60,000 nt of DNA from Lama glama (GCA_028534125.1 CM052832.1:10170001-10230000); one strand, 5' to 3'. Numbered from the stretch's first letter, positions 1-13,443 are shown. Numbers and translations: made by a program. The notes: generated from the sequence alone by a model not told the origin.

Positions 1-2944
1 CTCTCTAAACCATGAATGGTTTCAAAAAACTAAGTCATGCAAAGAGATGTGCTCCAGGAAGAGCAGTCTGAGACCTGGAGCAGACAAGACGTGAAGCAAG
101 ATCAGCTTCTGAAGGCTCTGGCGGTGGTCTGGTGAGAGCTGACACGGGAGTCCTGGGAGATGGGAGCAGGGAAGTGGCAGGAGATGCAGGAGCATTGGGT
201 TAAGATGGAATTGACTGGTCTTGGCAGAAACAGGATGTGGGAGGTGAGGGAGAAAACCGGGAACAGCAGCTGGAGTGACTGGCAGATTTATGGGACCAGT
301 GACAGTAGAGGGAGACCCTGGAGGAGAGGAGGTCGGACTGAGACCCCTTGGTCTGGGCGAGGAATGCACCACAGGTGTTAGACGGTGTTCTTTACGCACA
401 GAAGGTCAAGGTCTTCCCCTTCCTGGGAGCTGTGTGGCTCATTGGTGGGGGCCTCCCAGTAAACATACGTGGGAGGGGAGCGAGTATGCATCCTGGGCTT
501 CCAGGATGGAGATGCTCTTGGACCATGAGGTCCAGACTGAACTGGAGGCAATGCCACGATGCTCTCTTTTATTTCTGCATGACCAGAGGAGAAAGGAGGA
601 GGAGAAAGTTCGGAACGTGGAATGAATCCATTCCCTGACTCTGTCCCTTGAGCCCCTCAGTCCCCAACAAGCCTGCACCTTTCCTCTGTCCCTGTCCCTA
701 TTTCCTGGCATTTCTCACTCCTATTCTGCCTCTTTCCCCATCTTTCAGCTCAGGTCCAGTAGCAGAGACAGTGAGAGGAAATCTATCTTTCTGTGACCAG
801 CCACTGCACTGTCCTCCCAGAACTCTTGTCACTGTCGCCCGTGTTTTCAGGGTGCTTGCCCACCGTCCAGAGATGCCCCCTGAGAACACCAGTCATGACC
901 ATGTTTAAAGGCATTCCTGACCCTCGTTCCAGAATGAATCTGATGGTGGGAGCCTCGGGAAGTCCTGGGCAGTCAGCCCTCCATGCTGGGAGCAGTGGGC
1001 GTTCCTTTGGTCTGTGCTGAGGACTTTCCACACAACTGAAATACGGAGCAGAGCAGTTAGGAGCACTGGGGAAGGCTTTGCATGAGTTTAGAGGGATGAC
1101 AGTAGTGATGATGGCTGAAGTACTGACTCCAAGCCTGGGAGGACCAGCAGGCAACAACTGCTTTGATATCCTTTCAGACGCACTACGGCCTAAAGAGGAG
1201 AGTAGAGGTCCTGGTCCTCCTCCCACCACCAGCAGGATGTACGTTCAAGGCCAGGTCGTCCCTCTAGACTTTGAACCACAGCTCTCAGAGATGTGGATGC
1301 CTCAGATCAACAGCATTTCACAAAGTATGTTTACATGCTGACATAAGGCCAAATTTTTATTTTACAAAAAGACAACTTCCATCTTCTATGACCATAATTT
1401 TCTCTAAAGAAAAGGCACTTTGACGTTGGGAATGTTGCCTTGGACCATGAGTATAAGAACCACATCTTGCAATGGAAACATACTGAGCTGGAGGAAACCA
1501 GAGACCTGAGAACGTCGTGCGACACAGCCCTCCCCCACCTTTTAGACGACACGGCTGGCTTTTACACGAGATGGAGATAAACCTCTGAGCTGTGTTAAGC
1601 ACCATCATTTGGAGTTCTTCTGTTCTTTAGAGCTGAACCCAATCTTAACACAGACAGCTGTCACTATGGAGAGTTTTGTTAGGCATACATTTCGTGTAAC
1701 CGTTATCCTTCCTAAGCAGTTTGATGATACAATCCCAGTGCCTCCTGGTTTGCACCGCTGCAGGTGGGAAGACTGCTGTTTAAAGTCCTTCATAAGCGAT
1801 GGCTGCCTCCTCTCTGTTTTGTCTTCTGCAGTTTCTCGACAATATGCCGCAGTGAGGATTTCTTTTTGTTTACTTTGCTCGGTTTATGATGACTTGTGTC
1901 TGTGACTGGATGACTTTTCACAGCTCTGGAAGATTCTCAGCCATTACATCTTCACATATTGCCTCTCAAGTTTAGTTATGACTAAGATGTAGAGCGCTCA
2001 AGCGAGAACTGCTCCCATCTGAGCAAGAAGAAAAAACCAGGTAAACTACAAAGTCGTAACTTTTCCTACAAGAGAGATGAAGTTACAAGACAACCAAACA
2101 ACCTAAAACCCAAGGGAGGACAAGGCCACTCCATGTAGATTTGAGATGGAGTCACCTGCTCAGCTATCCACAGAACAGAAAGAAGAGATGCACAGTACCG
2201 GACATGTGGGTCAGAGCAGTTCAGCTAAGATTTTAACAAGTTATCAAAGGTCACGTGCAGGCTAGCATGACAGTATAGAACTCCAGGATCCCAAGACACA
2301 AAAATAGTGTTCATACCCACTTGCAACCTCTTTTCCAGGAGCTTATGAGAAAGACGGAAGGCAGCGAATCTCTCCCTTCGTGGTGAGGACCTGGAGCAAC
2401 GGAGTGGGAAAGTAGACCCTTATCCTCTATGGGACAAGAGCCTCAAGCCACTGGGGTAGGAACACCAAGTCCTGCCATCCCCAGGGAAGAGATGAAGACC
2501 CACTGAAGCTAAGGAAGTATATAGGAAAAACTTTCTGGCTGCCTAGAACACAAATGTGATGGCTGGAGCTCCAGCAGTCACTATGGCCACAAGATGATAG
2601 AATTTGGAGGCCATGAACTAGGATAATAGGGCAGAGAGAAGAAACCAAAGTCCCTGATGATGTAAAACTACCCTACCAGCCAGAGGTACCTAATCTCTGA
2701 ACTTTTTTGTAAGAGATAATAAACTATTATTTTGCTTAAGCTACTCTTATTGGCATTTTCTGTTAAATTCAGCCTGCTAGTTCTAAATGAATCAGAACCA
2801 GACCTACAACTCATTTATAGAGGAACCTCATGTCCCTGGGACCCCCCTACACCATAAACCCTACATGTAGACCAAGATTCAGCCGGGCCAGAGGGCAAAC
2901 TTGTGCTTCCATAAGTAGACCTCCTTGCAAACTCCAACTGTTTA

Positions 2945-3052
2945 AATACATATATATACACACACATACACACACACATATATACACATACACACACATA
3001 TATATACACACACATATATGTATATATATGTATATATGTATGTGTGTGTGTA
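2945..3052. repeat. Compound (AT)/(AC)/(GT) microsatellite
   Basis: Alternating dinucleotide runs. Confidence 0.9.
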
Positions 3053-3379
3053 TCCTAGAATTAAAATTATTTTAGTGTGAAAAATATTACTAGGATAAAA
3101 CTTTTTGAGTATTGAGGGCTGAAGATACGGAGTCTAAAAACTACTGCCCTTTAGAATGCCACCCCAGCTTAATAGGCCAAAGAAGTTACAGACGCTTATC
3201 CAAAGATAAACCAGGTAAATTGTTCCCTCTAGTGGTGACTTTGGATTTATACAAGGTTGAGACTGGAGGGGTTTTATTTTGTTTTATTTTGTCTCACACA
3301 CACATGCACAAATGTCTGAGTGTGGAAAATTTTAAACTAACTTTTAAAAACTATTTTTCCTTTAAAAAGTGAGTTTGTG

Positions 3380-3500
3380 ATCACAGAGAAAAAAATGTGA
3401 CAATGAGTGTGTATATGTTCATGAATGACTGAAAAATTGTGCTGAACACTGGAATTGGACACAACATTGTAAAATGACTATAAATCAATAAAAAATGTTA
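3380..3500 (+). mobile_element. Highly 5'-truncated young L1 3' end with target-site duplication
   Basis: TSD aaaaagtgagtttgtg at 3364-3379 and 3501-3516; body resembles about 6575-6690. Confidence 0.85.
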
Positions 3501-5939
3501 AAAAAGTGAGTTTGTGTTTATTCTACTTGATAATAGTGCAGTTATTGTCGAATGAATGGCATTTTTTCCCCATTAAAACTTACATGGCAAAAAAAATTTA
3601 CATGGCTAAGGATTTCTGATGTAATTTTTTATAAAAGATTTTAAAATTGCCAATATCACACTGATTATTGTATAAATAGCTGGTGTCTATATAAACTGGT
3701 TCTTGTAACCCATATAAAATTGTAAATTGTGTGAACCAGTGCTACCATTCCACTAAGACATATTGATAAAGTTTTAAAAGCGTAATATTTCTAGAATTCT
3801 TCACATAATTTAATTGATTATTGATAATAATATAATCATATTTTATGATATTATTAATAAACTTTGGACTAATACAGTACTGGGCAATGAATAATTCTAT
3901 ATTAATATTTTTGAGAAACTGGAGTTCAAAATTTAAAGGAATTGTAGTCAAAAAATAATACTAGTATATATCATGGACTGAATCTAAATTAAAGATTTAA
4001 TATATATCATTCATACTTGCCTATATCTGATGTACATACACACAGACACACACACATGTAGTTTTGAACAATGGAATAAAGAGCCAAGAGGATTTTAGAT
4101 AAAGCGTTAAAATTGTGTTCTTGTCTGTACTATCCCTTTCATTTAGCATATGAAATTCTCCCTAATTTTATTACCCTCCCTAATCTCTTCCTGAGGCTAG
4201 AATGGAAGGGATTCTTTTCAGTTTGTGCATACTGTGCTAAGGTCATACTAACAGAGGATACTTTGGACAAATACCATGGAAAATAAATGCTCATATTTGG
4301 GCTAAGAATTAGGAAGAGTAAGTATAGCCCTCACCCAATTCCCATGAGTCTACACCTATGTATATTCGTCAGACTGTAGAACATGCTGCTTCTTCCTAAA
4401 ACCAAAATGCAAAAGGAAAGAAATCTATTGCTGACATTATCTTATCAAATTTTTGGATAAGACTGAATTACTGTACTAGCCAGAGTGGGCTAGGTTGTGC
4501 AAACATGTCCCTCTTCCTCCCCCAATCGCAATGGTTTAACCCACAGAAACTTCTCCCTCTATCTAGTTTCTGACGTAAATGAGCCAACAAAGCTCTGCTC
4601 ATCAAAGTCACTTAGAGACTCAAGCTTCTACAGCCACTCCAGAGGAAGAGTGTCTTTTTCTTTGCAAATAATGAGTGTTAATATAGGTTGGGGTTTTCTC
4701 CCCCAGATTAAAAAAATGTTCACATTTAATTGTATTTACATTAAGAGTGAACAGAAGCGCTTCCATGGCCAAAGGCTACAGTGTATGAGCAAGGGTCACA
4801 AAAGGTTCCCATCCCACGGCTGGAGGGGCCTTGTTTATTGACTATGAGTGAGCTGGTTATTCGCCTGTCGCTCTGAGTAACACTTCTCTACCCTGGTCTG
4901 AGTTGAGATTCTTTCTTTTGTTAACTGGTTCCCTGCTGTACGTTGTCAGCAGGGGCACTAGAGGGAGACTGGGGGCTGGAGGAGGGGGGCAGGATGTAGC
5001 CCTTCCTGTTTGTATTCTGTTCCTGTGACAGCTGCCGTGGCACTGCATGGCTGGGGCAAGGGCCACGGTTCTCAGTGGCAGCACTTGGTTCCAGTTTGCA
5101 GTTTTTCCTACTCCTAGTAACAGCTTTCTTAGGCCTCTTGAGAGATAGCAGCGCCAGAATTCAGAAATCTGGGTCTTAGACCCATAGGGCCCTCCTTTGA
5201 GTCAGTAAAGAAGATATACACATTCTCAATGGTTAAAAAAAAGTTCCACATCACATATATTCTAGCTAGGTTAGAACGGATATGTGATTTACCAATCCAT
5301 ATTAAGAAGGAAACTGCACCTGGCCCCATCATGAAGACTGGGACCTATTGACACCGGCCAGTGACAATAAGGAGGAGGAGGAAGAGGACGAAGGAAAAAA
5401 AACCCAGAATAATATTTACACAGGCTTTCATAATAGTACTGGAAATAATGTTTGACAAATAAATACAAAAAAGATGCACAGTTCCTTAAAAATGAGCTTT
5501 CCTGGTGCTGAAGTCGCCAAAGGAAAAAGCGTGAGAATGGAACTTTCAACTGAGCCTCAATAAAATGAAAAGAGAGCCTAGGTTGCGAGTCCCAAGACTA
5601 TTTAATGAGAAGCCGTAAAAGATGACGGCTGGTTGGGAGACGCAGTTTGAGATTTCAAAATACTGAATGGGTCACTGAACTCCTCAGAAAAACAACGGAT
5701 AGAAGATGAGAGAGCATTTTACTTTGTTTCCTTCAAGTACACGAAGCCATCAGGCAGGTGGAGAAAGACTGCCCCCTGGTGGGCGCACTCAGGGCACCTC
5801 CAGTTAGGCAGTGTGCAGCCGCAGGCGCCTTCCTGTGATGTTCAAGTCTAGCTAGAAAGCCTTCTCGGGCTATTTAATTAAAAGCTCCCCAAAGAGAAAC
5901 AGAGGACTGAGAACCAGAGGAAAGAAACAGAAAACCAGG

Positions 5940-6340
5940 AGTGGGATGGCAGATCGAAATGCTAAACTATCAATAATCACCTTAGATATAAATCATCTCA
6001 ACACCGCTGCCCAAAAGACAGAGACAGAGTGAAGAAAACACCACAGTCCAAGTAAATGCTGCTCACGAAACTCACTTCATAGCTCGGAATTAGGGAAGTG
6101 GAAAGAAAAGGGGTGGGGAAAGTTACCTCATAGAAACATGAATTTTTTTAAAAGCAGGAGTGGCCATATTAATTTTTGATTCAAGTAGACTTCAGAGCAA
6201 ACACAATAGAGAGACAAAGAGTGACATTATAATAATGACAAAAGCATCAGTCCACCCAGAAGACTTAGTGCTCCTATATAAACATGCAACAAACAACAGA
6301 GCCTCAAAGGACGCGGAGCAAAAACTAATGAAAAAAAAAA
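5940..6340 (+). mobile_element. Old L1 ORF2 endonuclease-region fragment
   Basis: Decayed AGVAILI...NNRASK-like coding remnants. Confidence 0.65.
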
Positions 6341-6350
6341 GTTCCTCTTA

Positions 6351-6693
6351 TGAAAGAAAAATACCATATGAGATCGCTCCTATGTGGAATCTAAAATAAA
6401 AAAAAAAAACACAAGCAAACAAAACATAAATACAAAAAGAAACAGGCTCATAGACATAGAATACAAACTTGTGGTTGCCAAGGGGGCGGTGGGGGGGAAG
6501 GGACAGATTGGGATTTCAAAATGTAGAATAGGTAAACAAGATTATACTGTAATAGGGAAAGAGCTTACGGTAGCTCACAGAGAAAAAAAGTGACAATGAA
6601 TATATATATGTTCATGTATAACTGAAAAATTGTGCTCTACACTGGAATTTGACACAACATTGTAAAATGATTATAAATCAATAAAAAAAGTTT
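6351..6693 (+). mobile_element. Young L1 3' end
   Basis: tgtggaatctaaa...AATAAA and A-tail; near-TSD (a)n-ttcctctta at about 6336-6350 and 6694-6708. Confidence 0.85.
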
Positions 6694-7213
6694 AAAAAAT
6701 TCCTCTTAAGTCTTCCAGGAATTTGACCCTTAACACAAAGGAGGCAAAGACACAAAAGATTAGCATGTGCTGCACTAATCATTTAGGTGTGGAAGACAGA
6801 CGTGATAAGAAGAGGGCTTTGTTGAGTGATTTGTGCTAATCTGACTCATCCTTCTAAAAATCATGTAGGTTCCTCTCTGAGTCAGAAAATTTCAAAACCT
6901 CTCTGTCTGCTTTTCCTCCCTGTGGGCCAAACGAATAAAACAAACAGTGGGCCTGGCAGATTTCAGTCCAAGCACGGTTGGAAGCCTGGTTTCGGATATT
7001 ATTTGTAGAACAAAGGATAGAAGAAACTTTAGTAAAATCTTAACTACATGTTCTCTGCAGGGTGTAAGAGTGGGATTTAAATTTCTTCATTATTAACTAT
7101 ATTTTATAAATTGCTGCATTCAACAGTTTTAAGTTAAAACTGTAGGTTAACTTTAGAAGTTTTTTGGTTTTGTTTTTATTTTTTTTCTTAATTTGTAGGC
7201 ACGATAACACCTT

Positions 7214-7303
7214 CCCCTCTTTCCCTAAGGGAGACACTGGGGATTGAACCTAGGACCTTGTACACGCCAAGCATGGTCTGCCCCTGAGCTATACCTCTAC
7301 TCC
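7214..7303 (-). mobile_element. tRNA-derived SINE of camelid type
   Basis: B-box GGTTCAATCC on the minus strand; flanked by diverged TSD cacgataacacctt / catgatagcacctt. Confidence 0.8.
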
Positions 7304-8399
7304 CATGATAGCACCTTGAACAGTAATCAGCTTGGGTATAAAATTCCAGAGTCAGAAGTTTTTCCCACACGTCATCCCACTGTCTCTCACTGTTTGTTAC
7401 TCAGAGAAGAAATCTGAGTTTTGTCCAATTCAACTCTTTTGAAGGAATCAAGTTTTTTCTTTTCTTTTTCTTTTTTTTTTTTCCTGTTTGTTTAGCAGCA
7501 GGAATTTTTATTTAAAGTAAAATTTTTTCACTGGGAAATTCCAACTCTTGGTTTCACTGTATGAATTTTTCCTTGCCCATGTTGAATTCTCTCCACCTCC
7601 AATTTCAGATTTCTTTTCAGGTCTGGAAAGTGCTATTTTTTAAATATACAGTTTTACCCATGTTTATGACCCACCGTTCCACGCTACACTTCAGCATCCC
7701 TCAGCCGTAGATTAGTTGTAGGTAGGTTTCTATTACTTGCCCTCCAGTAGACTTCTAAGCGCTTTAAAATGCCCTTGTTCATTTCACATTTGGGAGTATC
7801 TCTGAAGTGAACCTTCTGTTACTGACTTGACTTTTCACACTCATATGTGCTTTTTAATTGCTTCTAGCATGGAACCTGTTAGATTTGTCTCTTCCCCCCT
7901 TACTGTCTTGTTCTACATCATCCTGTGTCCTTTCTTTCATAGTCTGTTCTTGTTCAGTGGTGACAATGTCCTCTCAAATCATTTCCGGGGCTTCCTGCCC
8001 TTCTGTGAGCTCCTGGCCGTGTCTGTGACAGGACACAGGGTGTGGGCCGTGCTGGTGGTGAAGAGGGGCTGGGTCTCGGGTCAGAAGAAGCCCAGGGAAG
8101 CAGGCTGGGGTGAGGAGGGACAGAGAGGTGGGGCAGAGAGACATGCGTGTTGGGTACTTCCCGTAGGGACCACACCGAGCTCTCACAAGAACCCTAGGAG
8201 CACGGTATTTTTATCCCAACCTGCCCCTCTGTCATCGCCTCTGGAGAGCCAGGCGGGCTTCTCCTCCCTGGATCATATTAACACCTTATTTTGTTTACAC
8301 AAAAGTATCTCACTAAAATGTTGTGAGGTTGGTTGAAAAGCTAACTGTCATTGTCTCCAGAGAGCAGGAAGCTGGGGTTTGGAGCAGCTGCGTGGAGAC

Positions 8400-8598
8400 G
8401 TGAGCCCTGTCTTGGTTTCCTGTGTCGTCTCTGACGTCCGGAGCCAAGACAACCAGTGATGAAACACAGCATCAGGCTCGGCACCTCCCAGCAATGGCCC
8501 AACATCCTGTTGTGCAACTTTCTGGAGCCTCTAGGTTAGAGTGTCCCCTGTAGCAGTCCCAGGAGCCCCAGGGTGGTTGGCGTGAGTGCCCATGAAGG
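8400..8598 (+). promoter_or_regulatory. TREM1 proximal promoter / 5' UTR
   Basis: Immediately upstream of the ATG; C/EBP-like TTGTGCAA at 8510-8517 and CRE-like TGACGTC near 8432. Confidence 0.55.
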
Positions 8599-8647
8599 AT
8601 GAGGAAGACCAGGCTCCGGGGGCTCCTCTGGGTGCTCTTCGTCGCAG
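8599..8647 (+). CDS. TREM1: TREM1 exon 1 (signal peptide)
   Basis: MRKTRLRGLLWVLFVA, 49 nt, donor gtaaga. Confidence 0.95.
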
Positions 8648-11600
8648 GTAAGACAGTGAGGCCTCTGCCCAGGACCTGGAGCTGGAGTGGGGTCCCATCC
8701 CAAGGGAGGTTTCCATTTTCTTCTGAAGCTCTGGGGGATGTGGTCACCCAAGACAGAGCCACCCAGAAGAGATGCCAGACTGGGCAGAATTAAGAGAACT
8801 CCCAGGGCTTGAGAACAGAACTAAAAAGGGGGAAGGGAAGGAAACAAGATGTCTGTGCCTTTGATGTTGTCAGGGACTTGCAGAACCTGGGGCTGGGGGG
8901 TGGGAATAAGGAGAGAGTAAATCTCAACTTGACATGACCTAAGAGGATTTTATGAGTTTGAAGGATTTTTTCCCTCTCATATTCCATCATGGTGCTTTGG
9001 ACACTGACAGTCTATTAAACCCCAAAGACATAGCTCATTCAACAAATATTTCCCAGGGGCCAACCTTGGGCCAGGAAATATGCTGTTGCCGAGGACACAG
9101 AAGTGAACAGAAGAAAAGTGCCCATTTTCATGGAGGCCGTGACCCAAGGCTCCCCTGTCTGCTGCCCTTGAGGGCCTGTTGCTCAGGCTCTGCGGAACTG
9201 CCCCGGCTCCAAGCCATGACTTCTCCTACTGCGCAGCTCACACCTTCCCCCAAAATGGATGCTGCTGGTGCTTTACTTGCTCCTGCTCCCAATCCTTAGG
9301 GATACATTGGGAAAATAAGCAGAGAAAGGGAAAATGTCAACAGTGAGTTAAGAGAAAGGTTTGCCTTGGAAAAACATGGAAAGGTCCAGGGAGAGGGTGT
9401 TTTCTGGGAACCTACTGCTTTGAGCAAGGTCACGGACAATCGCCTGGCATAGCCCACACACCAATGTCACTTTGGGTTTTCTTGGACTTGGGGTGATGAT
9501 CCAGATGGGCAAATGGGGGTTTGGCTCTCATGGACCCATGCACTTCCTTGTGTCCTATTCATGTTTTTCCAAAGGAGAACTGGGAGAAGGTGGAAGGTTG
9601 AAGACTGAGAGAAAACGAGCGGTTTGGGGTTGTTTTTCACTATGTCTTCTGGAGGTAAACTAGAGGGTAACCTGTGTCACAGGGAACAGATTGTTAGGCA
9701 CTTCCTCACACTTGGGCTGTCCCACCAGACAGCTGCCTTGGACAAGCTAGCTCAGAGGCTCAGAGCTGACCCTAGGGTCAGACTACCCAGGTTTGGGTCT
9801 TGACTCCCACTTTCTACTGTGGGACCTTGGGCAGATCACTGGATAACCTCTGGGTTATTAAATAACCTTTCTGTGCCCCAATTTCCTTATCTCTACACTA
9901 GGAATAATAACAGTATCAACCTTCTAAGTTGTAATGATTAAATGAGATAGGATTTTTAAACACTTAGCAATAAAAGGTATTTGTTGCTCTTTTTTTATGA
10001 GCATATGATAAGGAATCCCTTCCTTGCAATGGTGCAAAATATGATGCATAGAAGGCACTTCTGCCTTCATCTCTCACTGTCTCCTTTCATAAGAGACAGG
10101 CAGGTTTGTAAGCAATCGCAGTCTCCTTCAACTCCTACTGTCTTATGCATCCGCGCAGCTGTAACAAAACTCCGCAGACTGGGTGGCTTATGAATGACAG
10201 AAATTTACTTCTTCCAGTTTTGGAGGCTGCATGTTCAAGGTCAGGGTACCCTTATCTCAAAAACAATCATTTATAAAAGTTGATATGCACAAACCATATG
10301 CTGTCTAGCTGTTGTGGTTAAAAAAAAATAACAACCCCAAACCAAAAAACAAACAAACAAAAAACTACCCACAGTGCAAGGATCTGGGGTCCAGTGCTGG
10401 CTTGCAGGGAAAGTTGCATCTTCTCTGGAGACCTTGAGGATCTTGTCTGAAAAATGGGTGATTGAACAAGAAGAAGAGGTAGCTCTCTCTTCTCTCTTTT
10501 TTCCAAAGAGAGGAAAGCTATTCCTCATAGAGCAATAACTCTGATTCTCTGCATACAGAAATCCAAGCTGCAACCGTACCAGACGAGGAAGAGTTTACCC
10601 TGGCAGAGGGCCAGACCCTGGAAGTGAGCTGTCCTGTCACCTTGCACACATATTCCAACAGCCGGAAGGCCTGGCAAAGGGTGAAAGATAAAGGGGAGGT
10701 CCAGATGCTGGCACTCACACAGAGGGTCTCGGGGGAATTCAGTGAAGTCCAGAATGGGCGTTACTTCCTAAAAGACATCCCCTCTGAGGGCATACTGCAT
10801 GTCCGAATGACCGACCTTCGAGTGGAGGACTCAGGACTGTATCGATGTGTGATCTACCTAAATTCCGAGAACTCCATCATGTTATTCCACCCTATCCGCC
10901 TGGTGGTGACCAAGAGTGAGTGACCTGGGGGCTTGGGGGTAGAGGGTAGGGAGAACCAGGCCAGGTAGGGGTGGAGCAGTGGTGGTGATACCGACAGGGC
11001 TGTGGCTCAGGACTTCTAGAAGCCTGTGCTCTTCCAGAAGCTCCTTGTCCCTCATTGGAGGTCCTTGAGAGTCATTTGGTCCAACAGTAAGAAGTGGCTT
11101 CTTTGTATGGGATTCCTCTTGGGGAGCAGAGCCTACTGTGTTGTGCTGTTGTAGGAAGTGGGGTACAGTGAAAGGTGAGAGGTAGACTTGGGACAATTTA
11201 GTGTCCCAAGTCATTTCCTTGGGAAGCCTCTGGGATTCACTCTCCCTGCCCCCAAGGAGGCATTTGCTGGCCTCCTGTGTGCATCCAAAGCAGTGCCCCT
11301 CAGACCCCGCTGTGGGCAAGAACCACCTGGGATCTTACTTCAAATGCAGACTCCGATGGAGCAGGTCTAGCGTGGGACCTAGATTCTGTGTTTCTGATCT
11401 GTTCACAGGTGATGCAGATGCTGTGGGTCCATGGCTCCGTTTTGGGTAGCAGAGCTCCAGAGCTCACTTTGTATCCCTTTCATGGACAACACTAACTCCC
11501 TGGGTTAAGTAGTGGCCAGTTTTCTTATCTGTCTCCCCCTGCTCATCCCTGAGAATCTTGAGGGAAAGGCCTGTGCCTTGCTCGGCTCTGTATCCCTAGC

Positions 11601-12379
11601 AATTAATGAGGTGCCTGGCACATAGTAGGGCCTCCCTAGATGTTGACTGGATGAATTAAGGAAGGCAGAGTAGAGGCAGGCAGGTTCAGGTTCCTAGCAC
11701 CTGTGGAATTCAATGCCTAAGGAAGACAAGATACTTATGCAGTATATTAATAAAAGGTAACCTGTAAAGCAATATGCCACAGGTACCGGTGACTGCAAGG
11801 CAGAGAGAAAGCAGTAAGGTACAGTAATCAGGGAATTATTCTGGAAGGAGGAGGGGCATATGGGTTAGAGTAGATAAAGAATAGCAGGCAAGTGCATTTC
11901 CAGTGACACAAAAAGCCTGGAAATTCTTGTCTGCTTCCCTCTTTCCCTCCCTCTCTCCCTCCTTCCCACCCTTCTTCCTTTCTTCCCTCTCTCCTCTCTC
12001 TCCCTTCCTTGTTTCCTTTTTCCTGTCTTTGGCCCAGGTGGACACCACATTATTTCTTTCAAATTGGCGAAAGAAAACCTTGCTTCATGAATGGCCATGT
12101 TCATTTCCCTCCTCAGTCCCATTTACCCTACTGCTCAACCTCCATCCTTCCATCACTCCATCCAGTGTGCCTTCTTACAGATCCCTCTGGCACTCCTGCC
12201 TCAGATGACAGAACTACCCAGATCGTGACTCCGACTCCCACCCGTCCTCCTTTCATCACCAAGGCCTGGAGTAAGCTCCCCACCAGCCCCACGGCCGTGA
12301 CCCGTCTCCCCTCGTCAACTGCCAGCCTCTCCTCTCCTGGCCTCAGAGTCACCCCCACAAATGTGACAGATGTCCCCAG
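8599..12379 (+). CDS. TREM1: TREM1, partial: exons 1-3 (signal peptide, Ig-V, stalk); TM exon not seen
   Basis: Exons 8599-8647, 10559-10915 and 12181-12379 have GT-AG junctions and compatible phases. Translation MRKTRLRGLLWVLFVAEIQAA...EGQTLEVSC...KAWQ...VEDSGLYRCVIY...IRLVVTK...TNVTDVPR closely resembles human TREM1. Confidence 0.95.
9740..9970 (+). mobile_element. MIR SINE
   Basis: accttgggca...aacctctggg...aataataacagtatcaac...attaaatgagat core. Confidence 0.7.
10559..10915 (+). CDS. TREM1: TREM1 exon 2 (Ig V-type domain)
   Basis: 357 nt, acceptor tacag, donor gtgagt; C...W...DSGLYRC V-set motifs. Confidence 0.97.
11290..11460. mobile_element. MER5-like hAT DNA transposon
   Basis: aaccacctggga...aaatgcagactc...caggtgatgcagatgctg; similar copies at about 14930-15080 and 16650-16790. 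Confidence 0.65.
12181..12379 (+). CDS. TREM1: TREM1 exon 3 (Ser/Thr/Pro-rich stalk)
   Basis: 199 nt, acceptor ttacag, donor gtacgg; PSGTPAS...TNVTDVPR. Confidence 0.92.
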
Positions 12380-13443
12380 GTACGGTTTCAGGTCTCCGGG
12401 CCCCTGGTTTGGACACCCAAAAGGATAAAGAATATGGGGAGTGAGGGAGGGGGGAGGGCAGGGGTGAACTGGAGTCACCTCCATCTGGTGGACCTTCCCA
12501 GGGGAGGAAGGAGGTAGTGCTGGAGTGAGGAGGACACTCTTGGAGGCCCTGATGAGGCTGTGACTCTCCCCAGTTCCCCTCTGTGTTTGCTCTTGCCGGC
12601 CGGTGGAGGCGGGAGAGGAAGGTGGCATCTTGGTTGAATTCCAAGGGCCCTCGGCCGACCCCTAACGGTTTTCTGGAAAAAGGGATCCTGGATTTTAATG
12701 CCAGCCAGACTGAAAGTGGAATTTGGGGCGAGTTAGAAACCCTTTCAGGCTGCAGTTTCCTTGTCTGTGCAGTAGGAGGGGCTAGAAAAACCAGAGCTGG
12801 GAATGATAATGTAGCCCAACAGCTCTCAGCAGCTGCTGCACGTTAGGGTTCCCTGGTGTGTCAGCTTCTGCTTTGTTTGGTTTGTTCTTAATACTGATAC
12901 ACGTGCCCTACTACCGGCCAACAGAATGAGAGTTTCGGGAGGCGGGGCCGGTCTCAGTATGTTTTATTACTTTATAAGATCTTCGGATTTCTTAATGTGC
13001 AAGCAAAGCTAAGAACCACTAACTCTGCATGCATACTCCTCTATATAGCTCATTATTAAATGTTGATTTATCTTAGAATGTGTTTATCATTAAATACTGA
13101 ATTAACAGAAAAAGAAATATTCTTCCATATCCTTGCGAATCTAACAAGTGTTTTTCTTCTGTCCTCTCTTTTAGTCTTTCTGTATGTTTATACATATTTT
13201 AACATGGCAGTAATTCTAAGTGTACACATTTGCATTGTTTTTCTATGCTAAAACTATTCTTCAGTGTTACCACCTAGTCTTTGTAATTCTGACTTCAACA
13301 AATGCATACTTTTCTATCACTAGAAAGCCATAGCTCGCATAATCATTTGTCTGTTTTTAGACATTGAGATTATGTTCATTTTTGGACAGTACTGATAAAT
13401 CTGAGATGGACATATTTTTTCAGATGTCTTTTTTTTCTTTTAA

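Noticed and set aside
783..1229. Minus-strand ORF with RFILERGSGMPLNMVMTG, vaguely like Ig-V strands D/E
   Set aside because: No properly placed Cys/Trp or DxGxYxC motif; likely chance
7827..8336. 169-aa ORF upstream of TREM1
   Set aside because: Non-ATG start, begins in T-rich repeat-like DNA, no recognisable domain
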